Positions 61,549-64,000 of a DNA stretch of 64,000 nucleotides are shown here, one piece after another (positions within the stretch are counted from its first letter, which is position 1; every line of letters begins with the position of its first letter). The notes beneath the pieces are model-generated. The model was not told where the DNA came from, made no database searches, and worked only from the letters and a program-made list of their open reading frames with translations. Source of the DNA: an uncultured delta proteobacterium. GTDB taxonomy: Bacteria > Myxococcota_A > Polyangia > Polyangiales > Polyangiaceae. The stretch is from NCBI GenBank assembly GCA_963716725.1, contig CAVQUB010000027.1, positions 80,118 to 144,117 on the forward strand, in the 5' to 3' direction. The position numbers and the translations under genes are program-made.

Positions 61549-62414
61549 CCCCGCTCGGCAGCCTCCGCACGGCCGGCGAGCTGGTACGCTTCTCTCACAC
61601 CCTGTTCGCCCTGCCCTTCGCCTTGATCGCCCTGCTGGCGGCGGCCGGAGGGATTCCCCGCTGGACGACGCTGACCTGGATCGTGGTGGCGATGGTGGGC
61701 GGGAGGACCGCAGCGATGGCCTTCAACCGCCTCGCCGACCATCGCATCGACGCGACCAACCCGCGCACCGCGACGCGCCACCTGCCCGCCGGTCGCGTGT
61801 CACGCCGCTTTGCCTGGGGGCTGGTACTGGCCGGCAGCGCCATGCTGCTCGTGGCGGCCGGCGCAGCTCAACCCGCTGTGCCTGGCGCTCTCGCCGCTGG
61901 CCCTGGCGTGGATCCTGGCCTACTCGTCGACCAAGCGCTGGACGTCGCTCTCACACCTGTGGCTGGGCGTCTCTCTCGGCCTCGCGCCGCTCGGCGCCTG
62001 GCTGGCGGTGCGCGGCAGCGTGTCACCGACGCCGATCCTCCTCGCCGCGGCGGTGACCCTCTGGGTGGCGGGGTTCGATGTGCTGTACTCACTCCAGGAC
62101 GAGGAGTTCGACCGCCGCGCGGGCCTCCAGTCGCTCCCGGTGCGGCTGGGCAGCACGCGGGCGATCACCGTCGCGCGGCTGTTCCACGTGGGTGCGGCGG
62201 TCGGCTTTGCGGCCTTCGCCCTGTTGGTCGCCGCCGGCCCGGGCCTGTGGCTCGCCGTCGTCGCGGCCACAGGTCTGCTCATGTGGCAGCACTCGCTGGT
62301 CGCGCCCGGCCGGCTCGACCGGCTCGACACTGCCTTCTTCACCGCCAACGGCGCCCTTTCGGCCTGGTCATGCTGGGACTGCGTTACGTCCTTGATATGA
62401 TGCGTGCTCCATGA
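61545..62414 (+). CDS. UbiA-family polyprenyltransferase (MqnP-like); frameshifts
   Basis: VRFSHTLFALPFAL, RTAAMAFNRLAD..ID..NPRT..R.LPAG, YS.TKR, WVAGFD.LYSLQD.EFDR, AFFTANG. Confidence 0.9.
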   Translation: MTPLGSLRTAGELVRFSHTLFALPFALIALLAAAGGIPRWTTLTWIVVAMVGGRTAAMAFNRLADHRIDATNPRTATRHLPAGRVSRRFAWGLVLAGSAMLLVAAGAAQPAVPGALAAGPGVDPGLLVDQALDVALTPVAGRLSRPRAARRLAGGARQRVTDADPPRRGGDPLGGGVRCAVLTPGRGVRPPRGPPVAPGAAGQHAGDHRRAAVPRGCGGRLCGLRPVGRRRPGPVARRRRGHRSAHVAALAGRARPARPARHCLLHRQRRPFGLVMLGLRYVLDMMRAP

Positions 62415-63062
62415 GCGCATCACAGCTGGCGGCGCGGCACATCGCCGTGGAGGGGCCGATCGGCGTCGGCAAGACGTCGCTGGTCGAGCTGCTCGCTGCC
62501 CGTTTCGAGGGTGTGAAGATCCTCGAGGACGTCGCCAACCCGTTCCTCGACCCTTTCTACAGGGGCAAGGCCGGGGCGGCCTTCCAGGTGCAGATCTTCT
62601 TCCTGCTCTCGCGCCACCAGCAGCACGCCGAGATCGCCCAGCGCGAGCTCTTCACCCGCTCGTGGTGGCCGACTACACATGGCCAAAGGATCGCATCTTC
62701 GCCCGGCTCAACCTCTCGGACGAGGAGTTCCGTCTCTACGATCGTCTCTACAGCCTGCTCACCCAGCGCCTCCCGCGGCCCGACCTCGTGGTGTACCTGG
62801 AGGGAAGCGTCGACACCTGTCTGAGGCGCATCCGCATGCGCGGCCGCGAGTTCGAGCGGCAATCTCGACCCCGACTACCTGCGCGGCTCAAGGACGCCTA
62901 CAACGCCTTCTTCTACCGCTACAGCGGAGACCCCGCTGCTGGTGGTGAACACCGACGACGATCGACTTCGTCAACAACTCCGACGACTTCGATAACCTGG
63001 TGGAGCAGATCTCGCGGGCCCGCAAGGGGACGCAGGTGTACGTACCGCTCGGATCCGGCTGA
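62411..63062 (+). CDS. Deoxynucleoside kinase; frameshifts
   Basis: IAVEGPIGVGKTSL, NPFL..FY, Q.FFLLSR, KDRIFA, PDLVVYL, RI.MRGR.FE. Confidence 0.92.
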
Positions 63063-63168
63063 ACGGACCGAGACGGGCTGACCCTAGGCCCGCCGCCGAA
63101 GATGGGACGCGCCGATCGGCGACGACGACGACGGCCCCCGGCACGGATCCGTCGGCCCGGAGGGACCA

Positions 63169-64000
63169 ATGGAAGAAGCAGGCAACAGGCATCAGGCAAG
63201 AGGCAACGGGAGGCCGGCTCGCCGGCAGGCCTCGGGGCTCGGGGTTCGGGGCTCGGGGCTCGCGGCGCCGCCAGGTCGGCGACGTCCGACCCAACCGGTG
63301 ACGGTACCGGAGGTGCTGGCGAGCAAGGGGCAGCGCCGACTCGTCATGGTGACGGCGACCGACGAGCCGTCGGGACGCCTCGCGGACGAGGCCGGGGTCG
63401 ATCTCGTGCTGGTCGGCGACTCGCTGGCCATGGCGGCGCTCGGGCGCGCCGACACAGTGTCGGTGACAGTGCACGAGATGATCCACCACACCCGAGCGGT
63501 GAGCGCCGGTGTCCGCCGCGCCTTGCTGGTTGCCGACATGCCGTTCGGCTCGTTTCAGGCCGCGATCGCGGAAGCCGTCCGCAACGCCTGCCGGCTGGTC
63601 GCGGAGGGAGGCGCCAGGGCGGTCAAGCTCGAGGGCGCGCGGCCACAGGAGGTCGCGGCGATCGTTCGCGCCGGCGTTCCGGTGGTCGGCCACCTCGGCC
63701 TGACCCCCCAGTCGGTGCACAGCCTTGGCGGCTACCGCGTCCAGGCGCGACAGGTCGGCGAGGCCGTCACGCTGGTCGCCGATGCCGAGGCGCTCGAGCG
63801 GGCTGGAGCGTTCCTGCTCGTCCTCGAGGCGATCCCGGCGGCGGTCGCGGCGCTCGTGACACGGCGGCTCGCGATACCGACCATCGGCATCGGCGCCGGC
63901 GCCGCGTGCGACGGGCAGGTGCTGGTGTGGGCCGACCTGCTCGGTCTTTCGTTCGGGCCGCTGCCGCGCTTCGTACGGCGCTACGCCGATCTCGGTGATT
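63169..64000 (+). CDS. panB: 3-methyl-2-oxobutanoate hydroxymethyltransferase, runs off the right edge
   Basis: Manual translation: LVMVTATD, LVGDSLAM, VADMPFGSF, AVKLEG, GHLGLTPQSV, LEAIP, IPTIGIGAG.ACDGQVLV. Confidence 0.95.
   Translation, partial: MEEAGNRHQARGNGRPARRQASGLGVRGSGLAAPPGRRRPTQPVTVPEVLASKGQRRLVMVTATDEPSGRLADEAGVDLVLVGDSLAMAALGRADTVSVTVHEMIHHTRAVSAGVRRALLVADMPFGSFQAAIAEAVRNACRLVAEGGARAVKLEGARPQEVAAIVRAGVPVVGHLGLTPQSVHSLGGYRVQARQVGEAVTLVADAEALERAGAFLLVLEAIPAAVAALVTRRLAIPTIGIGAGAACDGQVLVWADLLGLSFGPLPRFVRRYADLGD

Overview
The window most likely joins DNA from two different high-GC bacteria at about 27,156-27,167. The left part (1-27.15 kb) looks myxobacterial (Polyangiaceae-like). 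It carries a FAR-acyl-CoA-ligase fusion (ElbD-like) with separated HAD and LarA-domain partners, a eukaryotic-type Ser/Thr kinase, DUF1800/DUF1501, RNase D, a MYXO-CTERM beta-helix protein, a deoxyhypusine-synthase-like gene, FadL, a lipoprotein protein-arginine deiminase with a coupled HEAT-repeat partner, a fructosamine kinase/LMW-PTP pair, an S46 peptidase and many lipoproteins. The right part (27.16-64 kb) looks acidobacterial (Thermoanaerobaculia-like). It carries an operon of a CoA-ligase beta subunit fused to a ferredoxin, its alpha subunit, citryl-CoA lyase and an IDH/IPMDH-family enzyme. It also has GntR-SPFH, two EamA genes, udk, hfq, ricT, purE/purD, pta, a complete mtrCAB-type decaheme conduit, Rrf2-cysK, a lower-GC islet (Cys-rich peptide plus large secreted protein), a PHP gene, a structured 247-bp tandem repeat, polA, selB, CYTH, REP-like repeats, comEA, ubiX/ubiA, a deoxynucleoside kinase and panB. 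Many conserved genes are broken by small indels, which look like sequencing or consensus errors rather than real pseudogenes. Coordinates for those genes are approximate. Taxonomic and family calls come from recognised motifs only; no searches were run.
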